From: a virus
Lineage: Duplodnaviria > Caudoviricetes
Virus record (IMG/VR): IMGVR_UViG_3300038393_000835
Coordinates: 1 to 53,713 of that record
Direction: 5' to 3' (one strand)
Length of the DNA stretch: 53,713 nt
In this document: positions 27,076-37,506 of the stretch, one piece after another
Position numbering within the stretch: the first letter of the stretch is position 1
How the letters are laid out: each line of letters starts with the position of its first letter
Made by a program: the position numbers and the translations under genes
Notes under the pieces: generated by a model
Told to the model about the DNA's origin: nothing
What the model saw: only the letters and a program-made list of their open reading frames with translations
Database searches by the model: none

Positions 27076-27609
27076 ATGAAAACATGTGTAATTTGTAGAA
27101 ATACATTCGATCCGTCTAAGAATCATCCAAAGCAAGAGTGTTGTTCCAAACAATGCACTAGAAAAAATGCGAATAACAAAGCAGTTTTGTCAGGTAAGAA
27201 AAAGGAGTATTCAAAACGCTGGGGCGATAAGTACCGAGAAGAAAAGAGAAAAGCTGATTTGGACTATCACAACCGCACTTACTTCGGAGGTCTTAAATAC
27301 GAAGCACTTAAACGAGACAACTATTCATGCACAGTTTGCGGTGAATCTAAAGAAAGTAAACTTATCGTTCACCATATAGACGAAACTCCTAAAGACACTG
27401 ACGTTTTGGAGAACCTTTTAACTATGTGCAGAACGTGTCATGCAAAGGAACACCACGCTGGAGAACTAAATGTTAAGTATAAAAATATTTCTAAAGAAGA
27501 AATTCTTGAAGCAATTAATTCTTCAAGGACACTTCAAGAAGCTTCAAATAAATTAGGAATTGACCGTTCTACTTTACGAAGAAAACGTAAAGAGTTCGGT
27601 ATTTACTAG
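27076..27609 (+). CDS. HNH endonuclease with Zn finger and C-terminal HTH
   Basis: RDNYSCTVCG..VHHID..NLLTMCRTCHAKEH; LGIDRSTLRRK. Confidence 0.88.
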   Translation: MKTCVICRNTFDPSKNHPKQECCSKQCTRKNANNKAVLSGKKKEYSKRWGDKYREEKRKADLDYHNRTYFGGLKYEALKRDNYSCTVCGESKESKLIVHHIDETPKDTDVLENLLTMCRTCHAKEHHAGELNVKYKNISKEEILEAINSSRTLQEASNKLGIDRSTLRRKRKEFGIY

Positions 27610-27618
27610 GAGGACATT

Positions 27619-27783
27619 ATGTATCGCTTAACTACTATTTCTGAACATTTATTGCAAGATATTGTAGATGAATTAAAGAAAAACAACGAACTACTTTCCA
27701 AGTTAATTTCAAAGTCTGAAGCAAATGAAGAAGTTGAAGTAATCACAGAAACTCCTAAGAAAAGGAGTAAGAAGGGAGTGTAA
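27619..27783 (+). CDS. Small hypothetical protein, 54 aa; not in ORF track
   Basis: AGGAGG RBS; fills the gap before the adaptor gene. Confidence 0.65.
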   Translation: MYRLTTISEHLLQDIVDELKKNNELLSKLISKSEANEEVEVITETPKKRSKKGV

Positions 27784-27785
27784 TC

Positions 27786-28361
27786 ATGCTAGTCAGTGAT
27801 ATTCAATTAGAAGTCAAATCATTAGTGGAGGATCTTCCACTCATTGATGATACGGTACGATGGGTCAACGCTTGCCTAGCGGATCTAGGAATTGACTTGG
27901 ATGCCAACTTTCCTCTAGTTGTGAATGCAAATTCCGACCTCTCTAGTTCGGGAATCCCTACAAAATTTCACGGAATGGTAGCTTTATTCTGTACTGTAAA
28001 ATACCTAGAGAAAGATGGTAGTTTCCAAGAATCAAACGTATTTGCCCAGCAATATGACGATTTAAAAAAGCGATTCATCGCAGCCTTTGAAGTTCCGATG
28101 CAGTACAGGGATGATCGTTTATCCCAGCAATTTATTGCCACATTAGGTCAATCCACTTTTGAGATTACCAAAGAGGGATACGATCCAACTTATGGGGATC
28201 TGAAAGTTTACGTGAACAGTTCTTTAAAAGATATCATTGTAAATAGCGATAAGACCTTCGTGCTCACAACGTATACATGTGCAGCGAATGATAAAGTAAC
28301 AGCTCTATGGGAGGAACATCAAGATTTTGTCGAACCTCCTTACAACTTTTGGACCTGGTAG
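27786..28361 (+). CDS. Head-tail adaptor (tail tubular protein A-like)
   Basis: Position; RWVN.C..DL and IPTKFH..V.LF patterns. Confidence 0.65.
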   Translation: MLVSDIQLEVKSLVEDLPLIDDTVRWVNACLADLGIDLDANFPLVVNANSDLSSSGIPTKFHGMVALFCTVKYLEKDGSFQESNVFAQQYDDLKKRFIAAFEVPMQYRDDRLSQQFIATLGQSTFEITKEGYDPTYGDLKVYVNSSLKDIIVNSDKTFVLTTYTCAANDKVTALWEEHQDFVEPPYNFWTW

Positions 28362-28371
28362 GAGGTGAATT

Positions 28372-30345
28372 ATGCGACAGAATATACGTCCAAATCCAAG
28401 CGAAAAAATCTTTGAAGCTTACATGGATTTCTCAGGCGGTTTGAATTCAGAGACTTCCAATGAGAAATTGAAAGACAATGAATTCCCCTTAATGCAGAAT
28501 GTGGATCTTTCAGGCCGAGGGTCAGCCAAACGTCGAACGGGTAGAACTTCTCTAGTTTCTCAAGCCGGAACGGCACAGGGAATGAACTTCTTCTATCGGC
28601 TAGGGCAAACCGAACCGGATCTCATCCTAGCGATTAGCGGAAAACTTTATGTGAAGCAGGCTGGAAGTTCAACCATTTCCCAGATCAATATAACAGATAG
28701 TGGTTCGGCTTTCACTTTCCAAACTACTCTTCCTGTTGAGGGGGTCCAATACGGAACCAGCATGTTTTGGGCAACGGGTACCAAGTTGGTTGAAGTAACC
28801 TATAGCGGTTCTGCATGGTCAGCTGTGACGGTAACGCCTTACACACCAACGGTTATGGAAGCTATCTATATCGGAACCAACGGTCTAGCTTCCAATCCTG
28901 ATTCCTATGTACAGGATGGAGTGGATACAGTTTTAACAGCCGTGGGAATTAAACCGAATAAAAGAACAGCTACAGTCAATCAAAATATGAGCATGACGGC
29001 TTACATTAATAAGCCTGCTTCCATCACGTCTGTCGATTATAAATGGGAATATAAAAAGTCGGCCGAAACCACTTACACGCTGGGTCGGGATTGGACCAAC
29101 GGAACAACGGGTAAAAGTTATAACTTTAATGTAACAAGTGCTGGAACTTACGATATTAAGGTAACGGTTCGTGACAACGCCAACCAAACCAATACCAACA
29201 CTTATGTTCTCTCTAGCTATATTGTCAATCAAGTAGAGGATAAATCCAACACCGACTTACCTGTTACGGGGATTCAGAAGTGTAGAAAGATCCTATTGCA
29301 TTGGGATCGTATCTTACTTTCTCTAGATGATACAAATCCTTATCAAATGTATGTATCGGATCTAAACAATCCACGATACTTTCCTGTTACTAATACGATT
29401 AAGTTTGATACAGGGAAGCAAGAGCCGATCACATCTGTTATTCGATACCAGGATATGTTAGTCGTATTTACGAAAACAACGATCCAAACTTTAACAGGAA
29501 AATCAACAGATGACTACTCTAGATATCTAATCCATGATGGAATCGGATGCGTAGCCGGACGTTCGGCTCAGGTTGTAGGGAACGATATTATTTTCCTCAG
29601 CGATGAAGGAATTATGAAACTAAAGCCGAATTATTTTAAACTAGAGATGATGAATGTTCAGCGTATTGATTTTCCGATTAAGTCAGAATTACCTAAAGAC
29701 AGCGATGCTTGCTCCCTAGTTTATGACAGCCAATATTGGATCTGCTTTCCGCAAAAGTCAATCGTCTACCGATTGTACTACGATAATGCGATGTGGGTAA
29801 AGGATGTTTCGACAAAACTGAATTTCAATCAATTCGCTCATTATGGAGATAAAGTCTATAACTTAACCACAGCAGGAAATATTTACATTCACGACAAGAC
29901 TGTTCACAGTGATTGCGGGGAAGTGTTCGAAATGCCTGTGGAGTCAAAGTATTTAGACTTAGGTTCTTCCTTTAACTTTAAAAAACTGAAGAAAATTCAC
30001 GTATTATTGGGGACGACAGGGGCTAAATTCTATGTCACGATCACAGCCGATAACCAAGTTGCTTTATCTCCTGAAGCTGGACAAGTAGTGAAAGACGAGA
30101 ATGGCTACACAACATGGCAAGTTACATCTACACCTAACTTAGAGGCAGGTGATCAAGGTTCTATATTTGGTCAATGGGAACTAGGACAGTCTACATTTGG
30201 GGCAGATGCGAAGTTATCCGGTCATAAAATTTCGATTACCAATACAAGTAAAAGTCGAAGAATTAAAGTGAAATTTATTCATCAAGAGGATAAAGCCTGC
30301 GAAATATTCGGGTTTGGCCTTGAATTTAGATTAAAGAAACCATAA
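28372..30345 (+). CDS. Tail nozzle/stabilisation protein (T7 gp12/P22 gp10-like) with inserted Ig-like domain
   Basis: DFSGGLN N-terminus, KRRTG, beta-propeller-like repeats, GIGCVA. Confidence 0.8.
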   Translation: MRQNIRPNPSEKIFEAYMDFSGGLNSETSNEKLKDNEFPLMQNVDLSGRGSAKRRTGRTSLVSQAGTAQGMNFFYRLGQTEPDLILAISGKLYVKQAGSSTISQINITDSGSAFTFQTTLPVEGVQYGTSMFWATGTKLVEVTYSGSAWSAVTVTPYTPTVMEAIYIGTNGLASNPDSYVQDGVDTVLTAVGIKPNKRTATVNQNMSMTAYINKPASITSVDYKWEYKKSAETTYTLGRDWTNGTTGKSYNFNVTSAGTYDIKVTVRDNANQTNTNTYVLSSYIVNQVEDKSNTDLPVTGIQKCRKILLHWDRILLSLDDTNPYQMYVSDLNNPRYFPVTNTIKFDTGKQEPITSVIRYQDMLVVFTKTTIQTLTGKSTDDYSRYLIHDGIGCVAGRSAQVVGNDIIFLSDEGIMKLKPNYFKLEMMNVQRIDFPIKSELPKDSDACSLVYDSQYWICFPQKSIVYRLYYDNAMWVKDVSTKLNFNQFAHYGDKVYNLTTAGNIYIHDKTVHSDCGEVFEMPVESKYLDLGSSFNFKKLKKIHVLLGTTGAKFYVTITADNQVALSPEAGQVVKDENGYTTWQVTSTPNLEAGDQGSIFGQWELGQSTFGADAKLSGHKISITNTSKSRRIKVKFIHQEDKACEIFGFGLEFRLKKP

Positions 30346-30357
30346 GGAGGGGAAAAC

Positions 30358-32550
30358 ATGGCATCTACAAGAATCAACATTCCAGCATTGAAACAATGGT
30401 CGGACGGTGAAGTTCTGCATGGTCCCGATTATAACGGAGATCGCAGCCTAGTATCAAATGCAATAAATGACCATGCAACTGATTTAGAAAATCGTTACAC
30501 AAAATCGGAAGTAGATTCTATTATCATCACTAGAGAAAAGATCGCTAACGGCAGCGTGGATGTAACCAAAATCGACACTGCTTCCCTAGATGCTCGCTAC
30601 GCTTATGGAACTGCACTTGAAACACATAAATTAAGCGGTGATCATGATGGACGTTATTACACCCAAGCACAAACTGACGATAAGTTTTCAAATTATATTT
30701 CAGCATGGCAACCACAACAGCTAGGTAAAATGTATCAATTATATCAAAGCATCACCTTAGCTTCCGCCAGCTCTACCGTAACGTTAAACATTCCTGAATA
30801 TAACGCTACTACGGATTTTATCCAATTATCTCAAAATGGAATGCTGATTAAAAAAGGTGTTGATTATTCCGTCAGTTCAGATGGAAAGACCATTACCAAA
30901 CTTAGTGGTCAGTGGACTTTACCGACTACTCTAGATGTAACTATTTTAAAAGCACTTGATACATCGTCTGTTTATCAAGATGGTAGAATGCTACAAGACG
31001 GCAGCGTATCGAAAGCGAAGTTTGATACGGCATTTCAGAATGAAATTGGAATTTTATCGGGAAATTGCATCAACGTAAAATCTTCTCCTTATAACTGTAA
31101 AGGAGATGGAGTAACGAACGATACCGCAGGAATCCAACAAGCCATTAATGATGCCTATACACAGAAGAAACCTGTCTTTTTTCCTTCGGGTAATTATTAC
31201 GTAACTGCATCATTATCCATACCAAGATTCATTACCTTGCTAGGTACGAATAATTTAAATTTGAATAACTGTGTCATTACGTCCACAGCGACAAAAGTAT
31301 TTGTTGGTACTACTCCAGGTACAGCAAGTAGTTATTTTGTTACTACGGTGGATATGCGTAACCTTGGAATTAGTGGAAGTGGTTCGAGTGCTATTTTATT
31401 TGATTTCATGCAATTGGATGAGTCCACGATTGAAAATTGTTGGATTTATAACTTCAACTATGTCATCAATGGAAACTTAACTAACGTTTCAAACATTCAT
31501 CATAACCGTTTCTTAAATATCTACACATCATTATTGTCAACACGACTAGGAACCGTGAAGAATACAATGGTTGACAGTAGAATCCATCATAACTATATTG
31601 ACGGAACAAACCAAGGAAACGCTATATTGATTGACTTAGAGTATGGGAATTACTCTGATATTCACAATAACTTCATGGACTTTGCCAATATTGGAGTACG
31701 TTTGGATGCAGGATCAATGATGATGAAAGTCAATGACAATATGTTTGATGTTTGCTATAACGCTATCTCAATGGCATCTGGAGCGGCAAATGAAATTCTA
31801 GGAAACACGTTTGGAAAATGTTCTAAGAGTGATGTTTCTACATTCTCCAATCTATCTACTGCAAACCAAACAACCTATTCCTCTAATAACTGGATTGGAA
31901 TTAAGCTAGGAGCAGGAGTAAACAATTTAGCCATTAAAGATAACGTGGCATATAAGAGCGATGTATTACTCGATATGTCCTCATCTGGATACAACAACAT
32001 TAGCACTAATGGCAATGTAAATAGTTATTCGACAGGCGTAATTGTTAATATGAATAGATCAATGGATTATAACAATCCGAACGAAAGTAAAAACCTCAAT
32101 ATTGGAGAAATGCAATATAAAAACGTTACCTCTCTTCCAAGTACAACAGCAGGAAGTGGAGTCAATTCGTTCATCGGTCATTTTGTATGGTATAACGGAA
32201 AACTTGCTTGTCAACGGTCAGGTGTTCAAGAAGTGGATTCGTTAAACGTCACGGCAGGAGCAACCACTTCTGGAAATGTGACCGTAACATTAGCAGGAAC
32301 AGCATTTAACGTAGCGGTGAGTGCAGGTGATTCAGCATCAACCGTAGCAAGCAAAATAGCATCTGCATCTTATAGTGGGTGGTCAACATCATTAAGTGGA
32401 ACGACTGTAACATTTACCTTTAACGTTCCATTCACAAGGTCAGCACCTTCATTTAGTGGAGGAACTACAGGTGTAACAGGAACTATGAGTGTAACTGCTA
32501 CAGGAACCATGAATTATTGGTCAGATACAGCAGGTGTTACCTTAACGTAA
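30358..32550 (+). CDS. Tailspike with right-handed beta-helix (pectate lyase-like depolymerase)
   Basis: INVKSSPYNCKGDGVTNDTAGIQQAI, VFFPSGNY, Asn-rich repeats. Confidence 0.85.
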   Translation: MASTRINIPALKQWSDGEVLHGPDYNGDRSLVSNAINDHATDLENRYTKSEVDSIIITREKIANGSVDVTKIDTASLDARYAYGTALETHKLSGDHDGRYYTQAQTDDKFSNYISAWQPQQLGKMYQLYQSITLASASSTVTLNIPEYNATTDFIQLSQNGMLIKKGVDYSVSSDGKTITKLSGQWTLPTTLDVTILKALDTSSVYQDGRMLQDGSVSKAKFDTAFQNEIGILSGNCINVKSSPYNCKGDGVTNDTAGIQQAINDAYTQKKPVFFPSGNYYVTASLSIPRFITLLGTNNLNLNNCVITSTATKVFVGTTPGTASSYFVTTVDMRNLGISGSGSSAILFDFMQLDESTIENCWIYNFNYVINGNLTNVSNIHHNRFLNIYTSLLSTRLGTVKNTMVDSRIHHNYIDGTNQGNAILIDLEYGNYSDIHNNFMDFANIGVRLDAGSMMMKVNDNMFDVCYNAISMASGAANEILGNTFGKCSKSDVSTFSNLSTANQTTYSSNNWIGIKLGAGVNNLAIKDNVAYKSDVLLDMSSSGYNNISTNGNVNSYSTGVIVNMNRSMDYNNPNESKNLNIGEMQYKNVTSLPSTTAGSGVNSFIGHFVWYNGKLACQRSGVQEVDSLNVTAGATTSGNVTVTLAGTAFNVAVSAGDSASTVASKIASASYSGWSTSLSGTTVTFTFNVPFTRSAPSFSGGTTGVTGTMSVTATGTMNYWSDTAGVTLT

Positions 32551-32591
32551 AATCAAATAGATTCAATCTTTCATAGAAAAGGAGTGATACA

Positions 32592-35018
32592 ATGATTACT
32601 AGACAAGAATTACACACCAGCGTTACGCAAACGTTGGACAAGGTGGATCAGGCGATATCTGCTACTCCTATTTCCTTAGTTCGTGGACAGAATCTAGTAA
32701 ACGCAACGGGAGATGGAATAATACCATTCAACGTCCTATCCATCAAAGGAAGAACGCTCATTAACCTTCTTGGGCGTGATGGGAATTGTGAGGATACGAG
32801 TAAGTGGACACCTTGGTTTAGTTCGACTCTTACATTAGATTCGACCAACAAAAAATATGGTTCTAACTCTATTAAGGCAACGGCTACTGGCACAAGTGGC
32901 GTGGGTATGTACCAAGACATTACATCCAAGTTAAAATCGAATAGTTATTACATTGCTATTTCAGAGTCGTTTAACAGTAGTGCTAACTATTCTACAGTAG
33001 TTGCGGTGAGCAGTAGTGGTACCTCTTCTGTTGGTAATTTTGTATCTAACAGAACAAACTTCGGTGTTTCCTATGTTAAATTCACAACTCCAGCAAGTGT
33101 TACACAATCATTTTTATATGCGTACAATACAGCTGGAACAGTAACTATAGGGGATACCGTAAACAATGATGGCATACGCCTATTCGAAATCACCCAAACC
33201 GAATACAACGCCATTGATACCATGACAACCGCACAAATAGCGGAAAAGTACCCATACATTGACGATATGAAAAGTTTGCAAAACCCATACGTCAATGTGT
33301 ACGGTTCCAATCTTTTACCGGATTTTAGTCAGTGGACGTTACATGCGAATGCAGTCATAACAGATTCATATAAATTGACGTTGAACGCTACAGGAACATT
33401 CCAAAATACAGATATTTTAGTGAATGTAACTCCTAACACTCTGTATACGTATAACGTTCAAACGTCTGGAACAGTAAGAGTTTATAACGGAACGAATGAT
33501 ACATCAGGTGTACTGTTAAGTGCCAATGGTTCATTCACTCCGACTGTGTCACAAGTTTTAGTGCGTGTAACAAGTGGCAATACTGCCTCTGGAACATTCA
33601 CCTTCACCAACCCTATGCTCAACCTTGGCTCAACCGCCTTACCTTTCGTCCCAAGAAACGACAGTCCGGTATACTTCCAAACTAGCTTGGCAAGTAGCGT
33701 AGATGGCACTATCTATGATTCGGTAGCACCAATCAACGGTGGGTTTGTGAAAACGTCACGATTTAAGGAATTGGTGCTGGATGGGACGTTGGGTTGGAGT
33801 TTTGTGGTAGATGCGACAGGTCATAAAACTGTTAAGATTCCTCTTACTGGATTCGTTACTAATGTAGGGAACTTGGTTAAATATGATGGAAAGATTGGAA
33901 CTGTTATTCCATCAGGTTCACTTCCATCAGCAGATACATTCGCTTTATCGGATGCATTTTATGTATCCATAGCCGACACCGATTCGGGATGGGGCGAAAG
34001 CTATACACCGAGCGTTGCGGAGATACAGGCGTATTTTAATGGGTGGTTGATGAGTAATAGTACGACAAATTCAAATACACTTTATGACGGAACTGGTACA
34101 AAAACATGGTGGGCTAGAGGATTAAGCGGTGTATATGTAACCACATGCCCTACTACTTTAGCATCGAGTAATTACACACCATACCGCCTACTCTACCAAC
34201 TCGCTCAACCTACACAGGAAACCATCGTCACAGAAGGTTTGTATCCTGTACTCCAAGCAGGAGCGAATCAAGTGGAGTTGGGTGAGAGTGTTCAGGTTAG
34301 GGAATTGGCGAAACCTAAATTAGATAGTGGATATTACTATATCAACATTTCTAACGCCTACCCTAACGGAGCAAGCCAATTAAATTACATGGCTAAGAAA
34401 ATACTCAAAGTGTATTTAAAGGGAACAGAGTTTACGAAATGGAAGTATAGTGCAAGTTCATATAAATACGGTGATGAAGCTATTTATATAAATCAATCAG
34501 ATTACAACGGAACAGACCCAATCACCGTCACCTACATTGCCCAACCTTTTGCCGTTAGTTCTAGCATCCTATCGCTAGACGGTAGCTACGAATCCAACCT
34601 ACGCAAAGATGTGGATAAGAACACGCAGAATATCAGTGATTTAGCGGAAAAGGTTACAGCGTTAGAGATAAGTAAGGCGAATAGGAATCAGCCGAATTGG
34701 ATTGCTCCTACGCTGTTGAATGGGTGGGTAAATTATAGTTCTGTAACAAACCTCACCAGTTATTTTAAAGATGAATTTAATATAGTTCATATTCAAGGAT
34801 TCATTAAAAGTGGAACAACGACAGCAGGAACAGTGTTGTTTTATTTGCCAGTAGGTTATAGACCGAAAACAACTATTTCTATGGTTACCATTTCTAATAA
34901 TGGGAGTGGGGAGATACTGGCACGAATTGAAATCAATTCAAATGGTGCGGTGTCTATCTATTTAGGCGGTAACACTTGGTTATTCTTAAATAACATCCAT
35001 TTCCTAGCTGAACAATAG
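32592..35018 (+). CDS. Tail fibre/receptor-binding protein
   Basis: IKGRTLINLLG, PYRLLYQLAQP, C-terminal PTLLNGW...LPVGYRP. Confidence 0.8.
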   Translation: MITRQELHTSVTQTLDKVDQAISATPISLVRGQNLVNATGDGIIPFNVLSIKGRTLINLLGRDGNCEDTSKWTPWFSSTLTLDSTNKKYGSNSIKATATGTSGVGMYQDITSKLKSNSYYIAISESFNSSANYSTVVAVSSSGTSSVGNFVSNRTNFGVSYVKFTTPASVTQSFLYAYNTAGTVTIGDTVNNDGIRLFEITQTEYNAIDTMTTAQIAEKYPYIDDMKSLQNPYVNVYGSNLLPDFSQWTLHANAVITDSYKLTLNATGTFQNTDILVNVTPNTLYTYNVQTSGTVRVYNGTNDTSGVLLSANGSFTPTVSQVLVRVTSGNTASGTFTFTNPMLNLGSTALPFVPRNDSPVYFQTSLASSVDGTIYDSVAPINGGFVKTSRFKELVLDGTLGWSFVVDATGHKTVKIPLTGFVTNVGNLVKYDGKIGTVIPSGSLPSADTFALSDAFYVSIADTDSGWGESYTPSVAEIQAYFNGWLMSNSTTNSNTLYDGTGTKTWWARGLSGVYVTTCPTTLASSNYTPYRLLYQLAQPTQETIVTEGLYPVLQAGANQVELGESVQVRELAKPKLDSGYYYINISNAYPNGASQLNYMAKKILKVYLKGTEFTKWKYSASSYKYGDEAIYINQSDYNGTDPITVTYIAQPFAVSSSILSLDGSYESNLRKDVDKNTQNISDLAEKVTALEISKANRNQPNWIAPTLLNGWVNYSSVTNLTSYFKDEFNIVHIQGFIKSGTTTAGTVLFYLPVGYRPKTTISMVTISNNGSGEILARIEINSNGAVSIYLGGNTWLFLNNIHFLAEQ

Positions 35019-35033
35019 AAAGGAGGATAAACC

Positions 35034-35288
35034 ATGAAAATTGTATATGAACTGATCGAAGGTAAACCGTTCATGAACAATCCAATTCTGATTGAAAATG
35101 ATGCGGAGATTCCAGAAGGGCATGTGGAATTGGATCACTCCAAATCATATAAGGAAACTGGGGAGGAACTATCTCTAGTTGAATTGGATGCGATTCGTAA
35201 TACTCCAGTGAAGAAGTCTGAAGTACGTTTGTTGCAAGAATCCCAGGCGAAGATCCTGTTGATGCTTGCTAAAAACAACATTAAATAG
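35034..35288 (+). CDS. Tail fibre chaperone-like protein
   Basis: Lies between the fibre gene and XkdX. Confidence 0.55.
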   Translation: MKIVYELIEGKPFMNNPILIENDAEIPEGHVELDHSKSYKETGEELSLVELDAIRNTPVKKSEVRLLQESQAKILLMLAKNNIK

Positions 35289-35298
35289 GAGGTGTGAG

Positions 35299-35424
35299 AT
35301 GTACGATACGATTAAAACCTATTACGATATGGGGATTTATACAAATAGCGATGTTCGTGAATTTGTGGTAGCCGGATGGATCACACCTGAAGAGTACACA
35401 CAAATTACAGGCGAAGCGTATTAA
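35299..35424 (+). CDS. XkdX-family protein, 41 aa; not in ORF track
   Basis: MYDTIKTYYDMGIYTNSDVREFVVAGWITPEEYTQITGEAY. Confidence 0.85.
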   Translation: MYDTIKTYYDMGIYTNSDVREFVVAGWITPEEYTQITGEAY

Positions 35425-35430
35425 AATAAA

Positions 35431-35462
35431 AACGGGGAAGCGTATTTTGCTTCCCTAGTTTT
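35431..35462 (+). terminator. Rho-independent terminator
   Basis: GGGAAGC/GCTTCCC stem followed by a T run. Confidence 0.65.
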
Positions 35463-35465
35463 ATG

Positions 35466-35494
35466 TATCCAAACCTACTATTTTTTGGTATAAT
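35466..35494 (+). promoter_or_regulatory. Candidate late promoter of the ejection/lysis operon
   Basis: TATCCA-17 nt-TATAAT with extended -10 TG. Confidence 0.6.
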
Positions 35495-35529
35495 AAAAAT
35501 GATAGATTCCTAGAAAGGGGGATTTTGTT

Positions 35530-37506
35530 ATGGCTTTAACAGCTCCGAAGATTTCGTCAACAAGTACATCTAAACCGACAACCTCTAGTTCTAGTACCAC
35601 GACAAGAAATGGAAATAACTTTAACGGTACAGGATACGCATATACAGATCATTATGGATTTTCTCATGTTGTTAACGATTTAAAAACAGCTCAGCAATAC
35701 GGACAGCAAGGGAGTATCCAGCAATATACAGGAAACTACGGTGGAGGGTACGCTCTAGGATCTAACGGTCAACGTATGGCGGTTCCAACCAAAGGAGCCG
35801 TTGCTTACGGTAATGATGCCAACACAGGTGGGACCCAATGGGCTTCTTCGAGTGTACTAAGTCCGTTACAAGATGCCTACAATGCAGCATCACAAAAGAT
35901 TAACAATGTAGTGAACCAATATGCAACTCCGACGAAAGTTTCAGGCGTTTCGACAACAACCCCTAGTTCGGCTAATACGTATGGTTTAGGTCAAAATCAA
36001 TACGACTATCTCAATTGGTTATCTAGCGGGGCGAATGGTACGGGGAATGCAGAATGGGCAAAAGCTCAGTTAGCTGATGCTCAATCGAAGTACAGTATAC
36101 CTTCAACAAGTACGGCATCTTCCGGTGTTGCGTTACGTCAACAGTTAGAATCTCAGGGTTACAAAGTTGATTATGACAACTCGACAGGTTCGATTCAGGT
36201 ATCTAAAGATGGAAAAACTTCCGTATTAAGTCCAGGCCAATACACCAATAACAACGGTACAGCTTACATTACGGCTGATCAATTTAAACAGCTAACACAA
36301 CCGCAAACGCAAGAACTTCCAGCACAGCCAACGCAAATGGTTCAACCTGTTCAGCAATTAAATCCGATGGATTGGCTGGCTCAACAGCAACAGCAGATGC
36401 AACAGCTTTGGCAGGCTCATGCTCAAAAACAAGCTCAGGACCTAGCCAAACAGAAAACAGATGCTTTACAAACTTTAATTGATCGTTTAAAAGGAAACCA
36501 GAAAACAGGACTTGAGCAGATCAACAATTCCGTTGCTGATTCCAACCAAGCCTTAGAAGATAAGTCGTTCCAGAATTTCTTAGCTGCAAGACAGGCTATG
36601 GCAAACCGTGGATTGGCTGGAAGCGGATTGGCAAGTGACCAAGATACTCGACTTCTTCTAGCTAAACAAAAGGATCTATCCGGGGTCTACCGTGATGCAG
36701 CAACGAGAGCTTCTGCATTGAATAATCAGTACAGTACTCAATTGGATGATGCCTATAAGCAATTATCCGATATTAACGTTGGTTCTCTAGCTTCCGATGC
36801 TTACAGCAAACTTTATACAGACGGTATGAAAGCTTTGAATGATCAATTTGGAAATATTGTGGATTGGGCGAAGTGGGGAACCCCTTCAGCTAACCAAACT
36901 TTACAAAGTCAAACCGATTTGTATAAGTGGCTGAATCCATCGGCTGATAATGTTCTAGATAACCAAACAGATCTTTATAAGTGGAATAACTTATCAGCAG
37001 CAGACCAAACGAAGTATCTGTGGGAAAACTTTAAATTCAATAATGTGGATGCAAATACCAAAGCGACTCTACAAAACGCTGCAAATATTGCTTCAAATAA
37101 CAATGCGAATGCGGTCACATTAGCTAACTTAAATAATGCAAGCCGTGAAAATGTAGCGAAGTGGAATAATCAAACACAGTTGACTGTGAATGAAAACAAT
37201 AACGCAACAAAGCTAGAAGAAAAACGTCAGTCCATTAATATGCAGATGAAACAACTAGAGAGTCAACAATGGAATCAAACAGGTTCTCAGTTGGTGGCTC
37301 AGGCTAAAACAGCATTCCAAGGAGCACAAGACATTCTAGCCCGTTTGAAAGTAGAAACTGATCCTACGAATAAAGCGATTCTTACTCAAACCTACAACAA
37401 TCTAGTGAACCAAGGAAATACGTATCTTGGACAAGCTCAACAGAATACAACGGGTGGATCAGGTAGCCAAGGAAATGTTAGTGCGGATTTTCCAATAACC
37501 AATTAG
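35530..37506 (+). CDS. Internal virion/DNA ejection protein
   Basis: Q/N/A-rich and helical, RGLAGSGLA motif, 18-aa KW..PSA repeats; position after tail genes. Confidence 0.7.
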   Translation: MALTAPKISSTSTSKPTTSSSSTTTRNGNNFNGTGYAYTDHYGFSHVVNDLKTAQQYGQQGSIQQYTGNYGGGYALGSNGQRMAVPTKGAVAYGNDANTGGTQWASSSVLSPLQDAYNAASQKINNVVNQYATPTKVSGVSTTTPSSANTYGLGQNQYDYLNWLSSGANGTGNAEWAKAQLADAQSKYSIPSTSTASSGVALRQQLESQGYKVDYDNSTGSIQVSKDGKTSVLSPGQYTNNNGTAYITADQFKQLTQPQTQELPAQPTQMVQPVQQLNPMDWLAQQQQQMQQLWQAHAQKQAQDLAKQKTDALQTLIDRLKGNQKTGLEQINNSVADSNQALEDKSFQNFLAARQAMANRGLAGSGLASDQDTRLLLAKQKDLSGVYRDAATRASALNNQYSTQLDDAYKQLSDINVGSLASDAYSKLYTDGMKALNDQFGNIVDWAKWGTPSANQTLQSQTDLYKWLNPSADNVLDNQTDLYKWNNLSAADQTKYLWENFKFNNVDANTKATLQNAANIASNNNANAVTLANLNNASRENVAKWNNQTQLTVNENNNATKLEEKRQSINMQMKQLESQQWNQTGSQLVAQAKTAFQGAQDILARLKVETDPTNKAILTQTYNNLVNQGNTYLGQAQQNTTGGSGSQGNVSADFPITN

